A stretch of 28,423 nt of DNA, from NCBI GenBank assembly GCA_037142615.1, contig JBAXAI010000043.1:1-28423 (forward strand), read 5' to 3'. The notes below the pieces were generated by a model. The model ran no database searches. It was not told the origin of the DNA and worked only from the letters and a program-made list of their open reading frames with translations. Origin of the DNA: Spirochaetales bacterium. GTDB lineage: Bacteria > Spirochaetota > Spirochaetia > JABEVK01. The number at the start of each line of letters is the position of its first letter. Within the stretch, counting starts at the first letter, position 1. Below are positions 1 to 9,190 of this stretch, in pieces. A program made the translations under genes and the position numbers.

Positions 1-32
1 CCGCAAGCTGCCCGCTGTAGTTCATTTCCGGC

Positions 33-809
33 ACCACCACCATCCGCACCTTGCTCGGGCTCATCCACCCCACGGCGGGCACGGCTACGCTCTGGGGCAA
101 GTCGGCCGCCAAGAACCCCGAAGTGCTGCGCGACGTCGGGTACCTGCCCAGCGAAGTGTTTTACGACGACGGCATGAAGGTGATCGACCTGCTCAAATAC
201 TCGGCCAGCTTCTACCGGAAGGATTGCCTGCCCCGAATCCGCGAACTGGCCGATCTGCTCGACCTCGACCTTAAGCGACGTATCGACGACCTGTCGTTCG
301 GCAACCGGAAGAAAGTCGGCATCGTTCAGGGCTTGCTCCATGAGCCCAAGCTCATCCTCCTTGACGAACCTACCGCCGGCCTCGACCCCCTGATGCAGCA
401 GACGTTCTTTGAGCTGATCGCCGCTGAGAACAAAAAGGGCGCCACGGTGCTGCTCTCGTCGCACATTCTGGCCGAGGTGCAGAAGATGTGCGAGCGCGTC
501 GCCCTGATCAAGGACGGCAGCATCATCCAGCTCGAAAAGATCAGCACGCTGCAGTCCAACACCGTCAAGCGCGTTGTAGCCGTCTTCCAGGGCGCCGCCA
601 ACACCGCCATTGCGACGATGGCGGGCGTGAGCAGTTGGAAGATTGCCGGGAGTGAGGCAACCTTTCTGTACCGTGGTGACGTCAATTTGCTGCTGGGGGC
701 GCTCACCCAGGTTCCTCTGGCCAACCTCAGCGTGGTCGAGCCCGACCTGGAAGAGATCTTTTTGCACTACTACACCCCCGGAGCTACCGCAACCGGAGCG
801 AAGTCATGA
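33..809 (+). CDS. ABC-2 type exporter ATP-binding subunit, 5'-incomplete
   Basis: Signature LSFGNRKK, Walker B ILLDEPT, H-loop SSH. Upstream of the listed TTG the frame reads TTTIRTLLG (tail of Walker A), but GxxGxGK is absent and an in-frame TAG lies at 18-20. Confidence 0.9.
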   Translation, partial: TTTIRTLLGLIHPTAGTATLWGKSAAKNPEVLRDVGYLPSEVFYDDGMKVIDLLKYSASFYRKDCLPRIRELADLLDLDLKRRIDDLSFGNRKKVGIVQGLLHEPKLILLDEPTAGLDPLMQQTFFELIAAENKKGATVLLSSHILAEVQKMCERVALIKDGSIIQLEKISTLQSNTVKRVVAVFQGAANTAIATMAGVSSWKIAGSEATFLYRGDVNLLLGALTQVPLANLSVVEPDLEEIFLHYYTPGATATGAKS

Positions 810-1609
810 ACATCGTGCTCCATGAGGCGCGAACCTTGGCCAAGTCGGCTTGGATCTGGGCCGTCGCCCTGTGCGCGCTGGCGGCGCTGTACTTGTCGCT
901 GTTTTCGGCCATAGCCCGCGACGCCGAGACCTTCATGGCCATTTTCGCCGCGTACCCGGCGGCCATCCAGCACGCGCTGGGCGTAACACTCGACAGCGTG
1001 GCGTCGTTACCCGGCTTTTACACCATGGTGCTCACCTTCGTCACCCTGTGCACGGCCATCCAGGCGACCAACGCCGGGGTGGGCATTTTGTCGAAAGAAG
1101 CCCGCGATGGCACCTCTGACTTTTTGTACACCAAGCCGGTGTCGCGGTTTGCCATCGTCACCTCCAAACTGGTGGCGGTCGTGCTGGTGTTGCTGGCCAC
1201 CGACGTCGTCTACTACCTCGTGTCGAGCTTCCTGCTGATCGGTCTGGCCAACGCTCCCGGGGCCACAAAGGTCGACCCCACCGTGTTTGCTCTGCTCGAT
1301 CTCACGATTCTGGGCGTGCAGTTCATGATGTTCTCGGTCGGGCTGGCGTTTTCGCTGTTGTTCCGACGCCTGCGCAATGTGCTGCCAGTCTCGCTGGGGC
1401 TGACCTTCGGGCTCTACCTTGTGGGAGCGCTGATGCCCACCGACGACGCAGCCCGCTGGGTGTCGCCGTTCCAGTACTTTGACCTGCACGACATCGTCGT
1501 CAATACCCGCTTTGACCTGGGCGCCTGGGGAGCAGCGGGCCTTGTTTTTGTCGGCGGCCTTGTGGCGGCCTACATCGTCACGCTCAGGAGGGACCTCCAT
1601 GTTCGCTAG
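806..1609 (+). CDS. ABC-2 type exporter permease
   Basis: Multiple TM helices, SKEARDGTSDFLYTKPVSR motif typical of this permease family, C-terminal RRDL; ATGA overlap with the ATPase. Confidence 0.9.
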   Translation: MNIVLHEARTLAKSAWIWAVALCALAALYLSLFSAIARDAETFMAIFAAYPAAIQHALGVTLDSVASLPGFYTMVLTFVTLCTAIQATNAGVGILSKEARDGTSDFLYTKPVSRFAIVTSKLVAVVLVLLATDVVYYLVSSFLLIGLANAPGATKVDPTVFALLDLTILGVQFMMFSVGLAFSLLFRRLRNVLPVSLGLTFGLYLVGALMPTDDAARWVSPFQYFDLHDIVVNTRFDLGAWGAAGLVFVGGLVAAYIVTLRRDLHVR

Positions 1610-2411
1610 TCAGGTGTTGGGGCGCGAGCTTCGCGCTGGCGTCAAGTCGCTGTTGATCTGGGCGGTGGCCCTGCTGTTTGGCGTGGTGAGCGGCATGACC
1701 AAGTACACGGCGCTCAGTGCGGCCGGGGGCGGGGCCACCATGGGTGAGCTGATGAAACAGATGCCCGAGTCGCTGCGGGCATTGCTTGGGTTCGGCAACC
1801 TCGATGTGACCACCATGGTGGGTTACATCGTGCTCTTGGTGTTGTATTTTGAGCTGGCGCTCGCGATCCATGCGGGGTTGCTCGGGGCCGGTACCCTGTC
1901 GAAAGAAGAGCGACTGCACACGACCGAGTTTCTGTATTCCAAGCCGGTGGCCCGCTTCGCCGTGGCGACCGCCAAGTTCGCTGCCGCGCTGGTGCAGTTG
2001 GCCGTGCTCAACCTGGTCACCCTGGGGGCGACCCTTGCGATACTGCCTGCCTACAACCACGGACCCGACATCACCTCGCAGGTGCTGAACCTCTTTGGCG
2101 GGGTCGCGTTTGTGCAGGTCGTCTTTTTGACGGCAGGATTTGCCTTGGCCGCGCTGCTGCGCGACTCGCGCCGCGCTGGAGCCTGGGCGTCGGTGCTGGT
2201 GGTGGCCACCTACTTCTTGGACCGGATGGCCCCGTTGTCGACGGTGGTTGCCGACTTCGACGTGTTGTCGCCGTTCTCGTGGTTTCACCTGGACGAGCTG
2301 GCCGCCGGACAGGCGCTCAGTGCGGTGGCGATGGCGGTGTCAGCCCTTTTGGCGGTGGCAATGCTGGCTGTCACGCTGTGGGGTTTTCCGAAGCGGGACT
2401 TGCGGGTCTAG
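1599..2411 (+). CDS. ABC-2 type exporter permease (second, paralogous)
   Basis: Start placed at ATG 1599 (MFASQVLGRELR) after AGGAGG; SKEERLHTTEFLYSKPVAR motif; ends KRDLRV like the preceding permease. Confidence 0.9.
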   Translation: MFASQVLGRELRAGVKSLLIWAVALLFGVVSGMTKYTALSAAGGGATMGELMKQMPESLRALLGFGNLDVTTMVGYIVLLVLYFELALAIHAGLLGAGTLSKEERLHTTEFLYSKPVARFAVATAKFAAALVQLAVLNLVTLGATLAILPAYNHGPDITSQVLNLFGGVAFVQVVFLTAGFALAALLRDSRRAGAWASVLVVATYFLDRMAPLSTVVADFDVLSPFSWFHLDELAAGQALSAVAMAVSALLAVAMLAVTLWGFPKRDLRV

Positions 2412-2437
2412 ATCTGCGGGTCTAGACTGCGCAGACC

Positions 2438-3838
2438 ATGGACAAAGAATACGGTCTCCGGCTAAACCGGCAAGCCTTCCTGCAATCGGTGGGCATCCTT
2501 TTCGTGTTGTTGCTGCTCGCCGGAGGCCTGACCCTCCTGTTTCCGCCCGGTGAGTTCGACCGCGTGCTCAAAGAAGGCGTGGCCTCGGTGGTTCCTGGGA
2601 CCTATCACTTGATGCCCGGCGCCGAGGCTTTGCCTCTGTGGCGCTGGTTCACCGCGCCCGTCGAGGTGTTGTGGTCGGCCGACGGCACCCTCACCATCGT
2701 CATCCTTTTGTTCATTTTGCTGGTGGGTGGGGCCTTTGCGGTGTTCGACGCCTCGGGGTTGTTCCAGTCGCTCATCGACGCCTTCTTGAGGCGCTGGGGC
2801 AACCAGCGCGACGCGGTGATCGTCGTGTTCGCCACGGCGTTCATGCTTCTGGGATCCATTTTCGGCATCCTCGAGGAAGTGGTGCCGCTCATCCCCGTCG
2901 TGGTTCTGGTGGCGCTCAAGCTGGGCTGGGACCGCAACATGGGGCTCGGGCTCATCTTGTTGCCGGTGGGATTTGGTTTTTCGGCGGCGTTGTTCAATCC
3001 GTTTACCATCGGTGTGGCGCAAAAGTTGGCCGGAGTGCCGTTGTTTTCGGGGCTCGACTACCGCTTTTTGATCTTTTTGGTCACCGAAGCCGTGTTGCTG
3101 GTGTTCTTGCTGCGCTACCGACGCAAGCTCGAGCGTGCTCCAGGCTGGATCGCCCCGGTGCCCGAAGTGGTTCAGTCGCCCGACACCCGGGGCCAACTCG
3201 CGCTGGCGATCGGCTTCGGCCTGCTGTTGGTGCTGATGATGGTGTTCCCGGTGATCGGCCTGTCGGACCTGTCGCTGCCGGTGATCGCGCTGGGGTTCTT
3301 GGTGTTGGCCTTCGTGACGGCGCTCCGCCGCGGGTTGAAGGTCGGCTTTGTCGGCAAGGTCTTCGTCGGAGGCATGGGCGGCGTGGCCCCGGGTCTTGTG
3401 CTCATTTTGCTGGCCATGGGCATCAAGCACATCATCGCTACCAGTCACGTGATGGACACGCTTCTGTTCCGCACGGCGGGCTTGCTGGAGGGGCAGGGGC
3501 CGCTGCCGGCCGCTGGCGCCATGTACCTGGTGGTGTTCTTTTTGCAGTTCTTTATCCCTTCGGCCACCGCCAAGGCCTTCTTGGTGATGCCGCTGCTCAC
3601 CCCTCTGGGCGACCTGGTGGGCGTCACCCGCCAAACGGTGGTGCTGGCGTTCAACTTTGGCGACGGGTTCAGCCATCTGCTGTACCCGACCAACCCACTG
3701 CTGCTGATTGCCCTGAGCCTCGCCAACGTGGGCCTCGGCAAATGGCTCAAGTGGACCATCGGTTTGCAGGCGATCCTGTTTGTGCTCACGTTTGTGTTCC
3801 TGATGCTGGCGGCGGCGTTCCGATATGGGCCCGTCTGA
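2438..3838 (+). CDS. YfcC/AbgT-like (C4-dicarboxylate anaerobic carrier-like) transporter
   Basis: ~12 TM segments; motifs PGEFDR, NPFTIGVAQKLAGVPLFSG, FFIPSATAKA, FNFGDGFS..YPT characteristic of the YfcC family. Confidence 0.85.
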   Translation: MDKEYGLRLNRQAFLQSVGILFVLLLLAGGLTLLFPPGEFDRVLKEGVASVVPGTYHLMPGAEALPLWRWFTAPVEVLWSADGTLTIVILLFILLVGGAFAVFDASGLFQSLIDAFLRRWGNQRDAVIVVFATAFMLLGSIFGILEEVVPLIPVVVLVALKLGWDRNMGLGLILLPVGFGFSAALFNPFTIGVAQKLAGVPLFSGLDYRFLIFLVTEAVLLVFLLRYRRKLERAPGWIAPVPEVVQSPDTRGQLALAIGFGLLLVLMMVFPVIGLSDLSLPVIALGFLVLAFVTALRRGLKVGFVGKVFVGGMGGVAPGLVLILLAMGIKHIIATSHVMDTLLFRTAGLLEGQGPLPAAGAMYLVVFFLQFFIPSATAKAFLVMPLLTPLGDLVGVTRQTVVLAFNFGDGFSHLLYPTNPLLLIALSLANVGLGKWLKWTIGLQAILFVLTFVFLMLAAAFRYGPV

Positions 3839-4973
3839 CCTCGAACTTTTCCCGGCGAGTTTTGAGGCCAGCCGCGAACGGCTGCTCGGCTGGGTGCCAC
3901 GGCTCACCGAACGCTGGCCCGCCACCACTTGGCAGGACGTCGCGGTCGGCCCGAGCGGCGAACCGATGACGCTGGTGAAGGCTCAAGCCGCTTCCGATGC
4001 CCCGGGTCACCTGCTGATCCTGGTGGCGGGGCTTCACGGCGTTGAGGGGTACGCCGGTTCTGCCGTCACCGAGTTGTTCTTGCAGGAGTTTATGACCCAG
4101 GTTGACGCTTCGACCCACTCCGTGTGGCTGATCCATGCCCCCAATCCCACCGGTTGGCGGGAGCGCCGCAAGGCGAACCACGACAACATCGACCTGAACC
4201 GCAGCTTTGTGACCCGGCAGGGCCCCGGTGGCGAACAGGCCTTGCCGTCCAACCCCCACCATGACGATCCCGCGCTCAGGGCCTTACTGGAACCGCCCCG
4301 GCCCCAGCCCTTGTTGCCACAGGTGGCCCGCATTTTGCTCGCAGCCGTGCGCGGGCAAACGGCGGCGCTTACTCAGGCCCTGACGATGGGACAGTACACG
4401 AGCCCCCAGGGCCTGTACTTCGGCGGCACAAAAGAGCCCGTCGCCACGACCTCGCTCAAGCAGACCTTCGAAAAGGCCCTGACGAGTGCCGCTTCCGTGA
4501 CCGTACTCGATTTGCACACCGGGTATGGCCCACGGAACACGCTGGCCGTGGTGAACAGCCGCTACGAACCGGTGTCGCCCGGTGATTGGGCCCGCAGGCT
4601 GAGTTGGCCGCTGGTACAGTCCGCCGACGGTGACAGCTTTTACGCCATCCACGGCGACATGACCGACTGGCTGACCTTGCGCCAGCAGCAATTGGCGCCG
4701 CAGAAGCCCTTTTGGGCCACCACACTTGAGTTTGGTACCTGGGGCGACGGCCTTGGGGCACAGATTCGCACCTTGAGGGCCAGCGTCAACGAAAATGCTG
4801 CCTATTGGAGGGGAACACCCGCCCAGAAACGCCGCTGGTCGGCCGCTTTGGCAGACCTGTACGCGCCGAGGTCCTTGCGCTGGCGGCGGGCGGTTGTGAG
4901 CCAGGCCCGGGAGTTGTTGCCACGCGTCTTGTCGCTCCATCCTCGTCTTGCATCCGGACTTCCCGCAACCTAG
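3825..4973 (+). CDS. DUF2817 / M14-like zinc carboxypeptidase-family hydrolase
   Basis: HxxE motif GLHGVEG, NIDLNR motif, DLHTGYG third Zn ligand, late TLEFGT glutamate. Confidence 0.8.
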   Translation: MGPSDLELFPASFEASRERLLGWVPRLTERWPATTWQDVAVGPSGEPMTLVKAQAASDAPGHLLILVAGLHGVEGYAGSAVTELFLQEFMTQVDASTHSVWLIHAPNPTGWRERRKANHDNIDLNRSFVTRQGPGGEQALPSNPHHDDPALRALLEPPRPQPLLPQVARILLAAVRGQTAALTQALTMGQYTSPQGLYFGGTKEPVATTSLKQTFEKALTSAASVTVLDLHTGYGPRNTLAVVNSRYEPVSPGDWARRLSWPLVQSADGDSFYAIHGDMTDWLTLRQQQLAPQKPFWATTLEFGTWGDGLGAQIRTLRASVNENAAYWRGTPAQKRRWSAALADLYAPRSLRWRRAVVSQARELLPRVLSLHPRLASGLPAT

Positions 4974-4983
4974 AATTGTTGGG

Positions 4984-5343
4984 ATGGCGGGTTCCGTGCC
5001 GTTCCGTGTCTATTACCTCGACGACGAAGAAGGTCTGCTCGAAGTGTTCCAAGAAGCCTTCGACGACGACGACCGCGAGGTGAAGGTGTTCAGCAACGTG
5101 GAAGCCGCGCTCGACGCCGTTCGTAGCCAGCCGCCCGACTTGATGGTGCTCGATTACCGCCTCCCCGGCGCCAGTGGCGAAGAAATCGCACGTCAGATGG
5201 ACCCAGCAATCCCCAAAGTGCTGGTTTCGGGCGACTTCCTCTGCTGCGACGACCACCCGGCCTTTGTCCGTGTGCTCGCCAAACCGGTTCCGGTCGCCGA
5301 GTACCTGGCGCTGTTCGCGTTGTTGCAATCTGGTCAGCTTTGA
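4984..5343 (+). CDS. Single-domain response regulator (receiver)
   Basis: YLDDE acidic pocket, DLMVLDYRLPG phospho-Asp, VSG, terminal KP; start placed at ATG 4984. Confidence 0.85.
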   Translation: MAGSVPFRVYYLDDEEGLLEVFQEAFDDDDREVKVFSNVEAALDAVRSQPPDLMVLDYRLPGASGEEIARQMDPAIPKVLVSGDFLCCDDHPAFVRVLAKPVPVAEYLALFALLQSGQL

Positions 5344-5372
5344 CCGGGCCGGGGTAGACCAGGAGGCGGGGA

Positions 5373-6821
5373 ATGCAGGCAGACTTGCAGCGTTTGGAGT
5401 TGGTTCTGGAAGGGGCCAGGCTTGGTTCCTGGGACTGGTGGCTGAAGACCGACGAAGTTGTTTTTGACTCCCGCTGGTGCCGCATGCTGGGGCTCGACCC
5501 TGCCACCACGCCGATGACGCTCAGTACTTGGGAAAACTTGGTTCACCCCGACGACCTGCCGGCGGCCTACCAGGATATCGAGACCTACCTGCAAGGCAAG
5601 ACCCCGTTTTACGAAAACACCCACCGCATGCGCCACGCCGACGGCCACTGGCTTTGGATTCTGGACCGTGGACGCATCAGCGAGTACGGGCCCGACCGCA
5701 AACCGGTGCGTTTCACCGGCTGCCATTTTGAGATCACCGAGAGCAAGGAACTGCAGGCCCTTTCCGAGTCTATCCAAAAGATGGCGAAGATCGGCGGTTG
5801 GGAACTGGAAGTCGCGACTTCGACAGGCCGCTGGACCGACGAGACCTATCGCATCCACGGCCTGCCACCGGGGGCGACCGTAAACGCGGAGATCGGTATC
5901 GGGTTTTATGCTCCCCGTGACCGCGAGACGATCGGACGGCATCTGGAGCAGTGCATTCAGGGAGTCCCGTATACCGCCACGTTCGAGATAAAGGATGCGC
6001 AAGGTCGCCTGAAGTGGGTCCGGACCACCGGCGAACCTCTGCGGGACTCACAAGGCACCATTACGCGTCTGCGCGGCACCTTTCAAGACATCACCGAGCA
6101 GAAGCTGACCGAGGACCTCTTGCAAGAGGAGCGCTCCAAGTCGATTCATGCCTCGAAGTTGGCTTCGCTGGGCGAGATGTCGGCCGGCCTGGCACACGAG
6201 ATCAACAACCCGTTGGCAGTGGTCCTTGGCAACCTGGAACTGCTCGGGCGCAGTGCCGACAACCCCGAAAAGTTCGCCACGCGGCTGGAATCGACCGTCA
6301 AGGCCGCCAAACGGATCGAAACCATCGTCGGTGGCCTCAAGCGTTTTTCGCGGCGCTCGGATGGCATTCCTCCGGTGCTGGCGAGGCTCGCTGATATCAT
6401 TGACGATGCCGTGGTGCTCACCGGTGCCCGCGCCAAACGAAACGACTGCCATGTTGCTGTGCACTGCCCGCTGGACCTCTACCTGGTGTGCGAAGCGGTC
6501 GAGATCGAGCAGGTGCTCGTCAACCTGCTCAACAACGCCTTCGACGCGATCGCCAACCTCCCGACCCGCGACGTGTACCTGTCGGCGCTCAAGAGCGGCG
6601 ATCAAATTGTCCTGAAGGTCCTCGATTCCGGTCCCGGCATTTCAGACGAAGTGGAGCAGAAGCTGTTCCAACCGTTTTTCACGACCAAGCCGCCCGGCGA
6701 AGGGACCGGGCTGGGGCTGTCGATCAGTCGCGATATTCTCGCCCGGCATGGCGCCACCCTAGCGCTCAACCGGGAGCAGGCGCAGACCTGCTTTGAAATC
6801 CGTTTTGCGGCGACGCCGTGA
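5373..6821 (+). CDS. Cytoplasmic PAS-PAS sensor histidine kinase
   Basis: Two PAS/PAC repeats (VHPDD..., W...RG), H-box AHEINNPL, N-box NLLNNAFDA, DSGPGI, FQPFFTTK, GTGLGL; no TM helix. Confidence 0.93.
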   Translation: MQADLQRLELVLEGARLGSWDWWLKTDEVVFDSRWCRMLGLDPATTPMTLSTWENLVHPDDLPAAYQDIETYLQGKTPFYENTHRMRHADGHWLWILDRGRISEYGPDRKPVRFTGCHFEITESKELQALSESIQKMAKIGGWELEVATSTGRWTDETYRIHGLPPGATVNAEIGIGFYAPRDRETIGRHLEQCIQGVPYTATFEIKDAQGRLKWVRTTGEPLRDSQGTITRLRGTFQDITEQKLTEDLLQEERSKSIHASKLASLGEMSAGLAHEINNPLAVVLGNLELLGRSADNPEKFATRLESTVKAAKRIETIVGGLKRFSRRSDGIPPVLARLADIIDDAVVLTGARAKRNDCHVAVHCPLDLYLVCEAVEIEQVLVNLLNNAFDAIANLPTRDVYLSALKSGDQIVLKVLDSGPGISDEVEQKLFQPFFTTKPPGEGTGLGLSISRDILARHGATLALNREQAQTCFEIRFAATP

Positions 6822-6834
6822 GGGAGGTAGTCTG

Positions 6835-7623
6835 ATGCAAGTCCGGCTGACCCTTGTGGATGCCGCCTGTGTGCTCCTGGAACTCGGAGCGCTGCGCGTG
6901 GTCACCGATCCCGTTCTGGATGCCCCCGGCAGGCTTTACCATCACGGGTGGGGTGCCGCTTCGCGCAAGACGGGTTCCCCTCCGAACCAGGTGTTGCAGG
7001 GCGGGGCCGAGGTGCTTCTGCTAAGCCACCACCAGCACCACGACAACTTCGACGCTGGGGGTCGCGCGTTTGCCCAGACGGTGCCCTTGGTCCTCTCGAC
7101 CCCGGCCGCCGCGAGGGCCTTGCCTGGCGTTGTGGGTCTGGCCCCTTGGCAAACCTACGCTGTCGAAACTCCGCTGGTCCCCGGCCTGAGAGTCACTGCG
7201 ACGCCGGCCCAGCATCGCCCTGGCTGGCTACCCGAGTTCCTGTCTGGGCCGGTCACGGGCTTTGTGCTGGAGTGGGAAGGCCAGACCGACGGTGTCCTTT
7301 ACCTGACCGGCGACACCGTGTACTTTGCCGGTATCGACCAGGTAGCCCAGCGGTGGAAGATCGGCACCTTGGTCGCGAATGTTGGTTCTGCGCAGTTCCG
7401 CTATCTCACGGGTCCTGGACGCTTCACCATGAACGCCCGCGATCTGCTGCGGGCAGTCGAAGTCCTGAAGCCCGCCCGGATCTTCCCGATCCACCATAGC
7501 GGTTGGAGCCATTTCCGCGAGCAGACCGACGCGCTGAAGAAGGCGCTCGAAGGCGTCCCGAGCTTCGCCGCAAAGACGATTTGGCTGGAGCCGGGGCGAG
7601 TCGAAAGTGAGGTGATAGAATGA
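6835..7623 (+). CDS. MBL-fold metallo-hydrolase
   Basis: VVTDP, LLSHHQHHDNFD metal motif, TPAQH, LYLTGDT, PIHH; ATG 6835 follows GGGAGG. Confidence 0.85.
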   Translation: MQVRLTLVDAACVLLELGALRVVTDPVLDAPGRLYHHGWGAASRKTGSPPNQVLQGGAEVLLLSHHQHHDNFDAGGRAFAQTVPLVLSTPAAARALPGVVGLAPWQTYAVETPLVPGLRVTATPAQHRPGWLPEFLSGPVTGFVLEWEGQTDGVLYLTGDTVYFAGIDQVAQRWKIGTLVANVGSAQFRYLTGPGRFTMNARDLLRAVEVLKPARIFPIHHSGWSHFREQTDALKKALEGVPSFAAKTIWLEPGRVESEVIE

Positions 7624-8171
7624 ATTGGTTCGTTCGGTTTGTTCTTCTGACGGCGCATGGTCTTTACCTCAAGTACGCCGAGAGAGCGCTTCAGGAGCAC
7701 TATCCTCACATCGCGCGGCTCGCTGCGGCGCTTTCAGTTTCCGAAGGCATTCATGCCCTGAACTGCCAGAAGGTGCTCGCCGATCTCGGAGTCGCCCCCG
7801 CGCCGTACCACGACCCCAAGCTTTCCATCGCGGATACGCCTACCAACCTGAGTCACGCCTCGGCGGCCGAACTCGACGAAATCGATACACGGTATCCGGC
7901 TTACCTGGAGCGCATCAAGGTCGAGAACGTCACCGGGGCCATCGGTGTGATCACGCGCTCGTGGCAGGCTGAACGGCAACATCGCGACCTGATCGAAAGA
8001 CTACGTCAGGGGTCGGGATTCCTGTTCGGCGTCATGGTCCAGGCCCTGGAAGCGCTGCCAGACCAGTACTACGTCTGCTCGTTCTGCGGTTCGACCCTCA
8101 CCTGGTTGCCCTCAGACAAGTGCCCGATCTGCGAAGGCCCGGTCAGCCGCTACAACGAGGTTACCGACTGA
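7620..8171 (+). CDS. Rubrerythrin-family protein (ferritin-like four-helix bundle plus rubredoxin-like C-terminus), N-terminus apparently shortened
   Basis: ExxH motifs SEGIH and AERQH, ELDE...YP, C-terminal CSFCG...CPIC; ATGA overlap with the MBL gene. Confidence 0.75.
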   Translation: MNWFVRFVLLTAHGLYLKYAERALQEHYPHIARLAAALSVSEGIHALNCQKVLADLGVAPAPYHDPKLSIADTPTNLSHASAAELDEIDTRYPAYLERIKVENVTGAIGVITRSWQAERQHRDLIERLRQGSGFLFGVMVQALEALPDQYYVCSFCGSTLTWLPSDKCPICEGPVSRYNEVTD

Positions 8172-8186
8172 AGCCTTCGGGCTCAG
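8168..8186 (+). terminator. Small cUUCGg hairpin at the rubrerythrin stop (possible weak terminator or stabiliser)
   Basis: CTGAAGCC-TTCG-GGCTCAG; no adjacent U-tract. Confidence 0.3.
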
Positions 8187-8263
8187 CAGACACCGTTCTG
8201 AGTTAATTCCTATTTACAGATCTTGGAGGTCCCGGTAAGATCACGTCATCTGCTAGACAGGAT

Positions 8264-8734
8264 GTGACACGAATGGGGCGATTCCATAGACTTTGCTGGA
8301 CGACTGTTTTTCTGATGCTCGCGATGGCGTTAGTGATCGAAGCGGAAACGCCTCCGCGCTTTGCGCTCGTGATCGGCAATGGCAGCTATGTTGAACTCGG
8401 CAAGCTGGCCAACCCGACCAACGATGCCAGCGACATGGCCGACGCGCTCAGGTCCATCGGCTTTCAGGTGGACTTGCTGCTCGATGCGAATGTCGTGGAC
8501 ATGCAGGATGCCGTGGTTCGGCTGGGCAACCGGTTGTCCATTTCGACCGAGGCGACCGGGTTCTTCTACTACGCCGGGCACGGGGTCCAGTCCAACTCAG
8601 CCTCGAGGCGCGCTAGCTTGGAAACTCCGCCATCCAGGCCATGGAATCCCACTCCGGTACGCCCCGTGTGCCAATCCGAGCCATCATGGTTCGAACTCTT
8701 GCAGGAGAACATCGCTCGGTTCCGCAAAGGCTGA
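8264..8734 (+). pseudogene. Truncated caspase-family (peptidase C14) protein with signal peptide
   Basis: Hydrophobic leader, RFALVIGNGSY, LANPTNDA, GFQV, FFYYAGHG (catalytic His). Homology stops at ~8596; the DACR catalytic Cys motif is absent. Confidence 0.8.
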
Positions 8735-8841
8735 AACGGCGATTGGCCCCCCGGGGGACGCCTAGACCTTGGCTCGGCGTGGTGGGCGTGTCAGGGTGAC
8801 CGACTCGCGCCCAAGGATTGACGCCCCCCCGATTGAGTTGC

Positions 8842-8870
8842 TTGCCAGCAATGACAGCAACGAGTACCAT
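8842..8870 (+). promoter_or_regulatory. Sigma70-type promoter of the antitoxin gene with repeated operator-like motifs
   Basis: TTGCCA-17 bp-TACCAT, 6 nt before ATG 8877; tandem TG(C/A)CAGCAA x2 (8843-8860) and inverted TTGCT/AGCAA overlap it. Confidence 0.6.
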
Positions 8871-8876
8871 GACTAC

Positions 8877-9110
8877 ATGGCAAGCACGATGACAATCCGC
8901 AATCTTCAGGATTCCCTGAAGCAGAAACTCCGCGTCCGGGCGGCACTTCATGGCCGGTCGATGGAGGCCGAGGTTCGCGAGATTCTTGCCCAATCTTTGG
9001 GTGATGAGGCAACTCTGACTCCCCAGACCGGAAGGTTTTCGCACTTGGTTGGGGTGTGGAAGGACCGGTTGACCACCGACCAGGTGCTCAGCGTCACCCG
9101 GGGCGAGTAA
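8877..9110 (+). CDS. FitA-like Arc/ribbon-helix-helix antitoxin (orphan)
   Basis: MASTMTIRNLQDSLKQKLRVRAALHGRSMEAEVREIL matches the FitA/plasmid-stability RHH pattern; ends TRGE as many VapB-type antitoxins do. Confidence 0.85.
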   Translation: MASTMTIRNLQDSLKQKLRVRAALHGRSMEAEVREILAQSLGDEATLTPQTGRFSHLVGVWKDRLTTDQVLSVTRGE

Positions 9111-9190
9111 GTGGCGGAAACTCCCCCGAAAGGCTCAAAGATCCTGCCACCCAAAGTTTGAACCGAGTCGCCATTCGGTGTTACCGGGGG

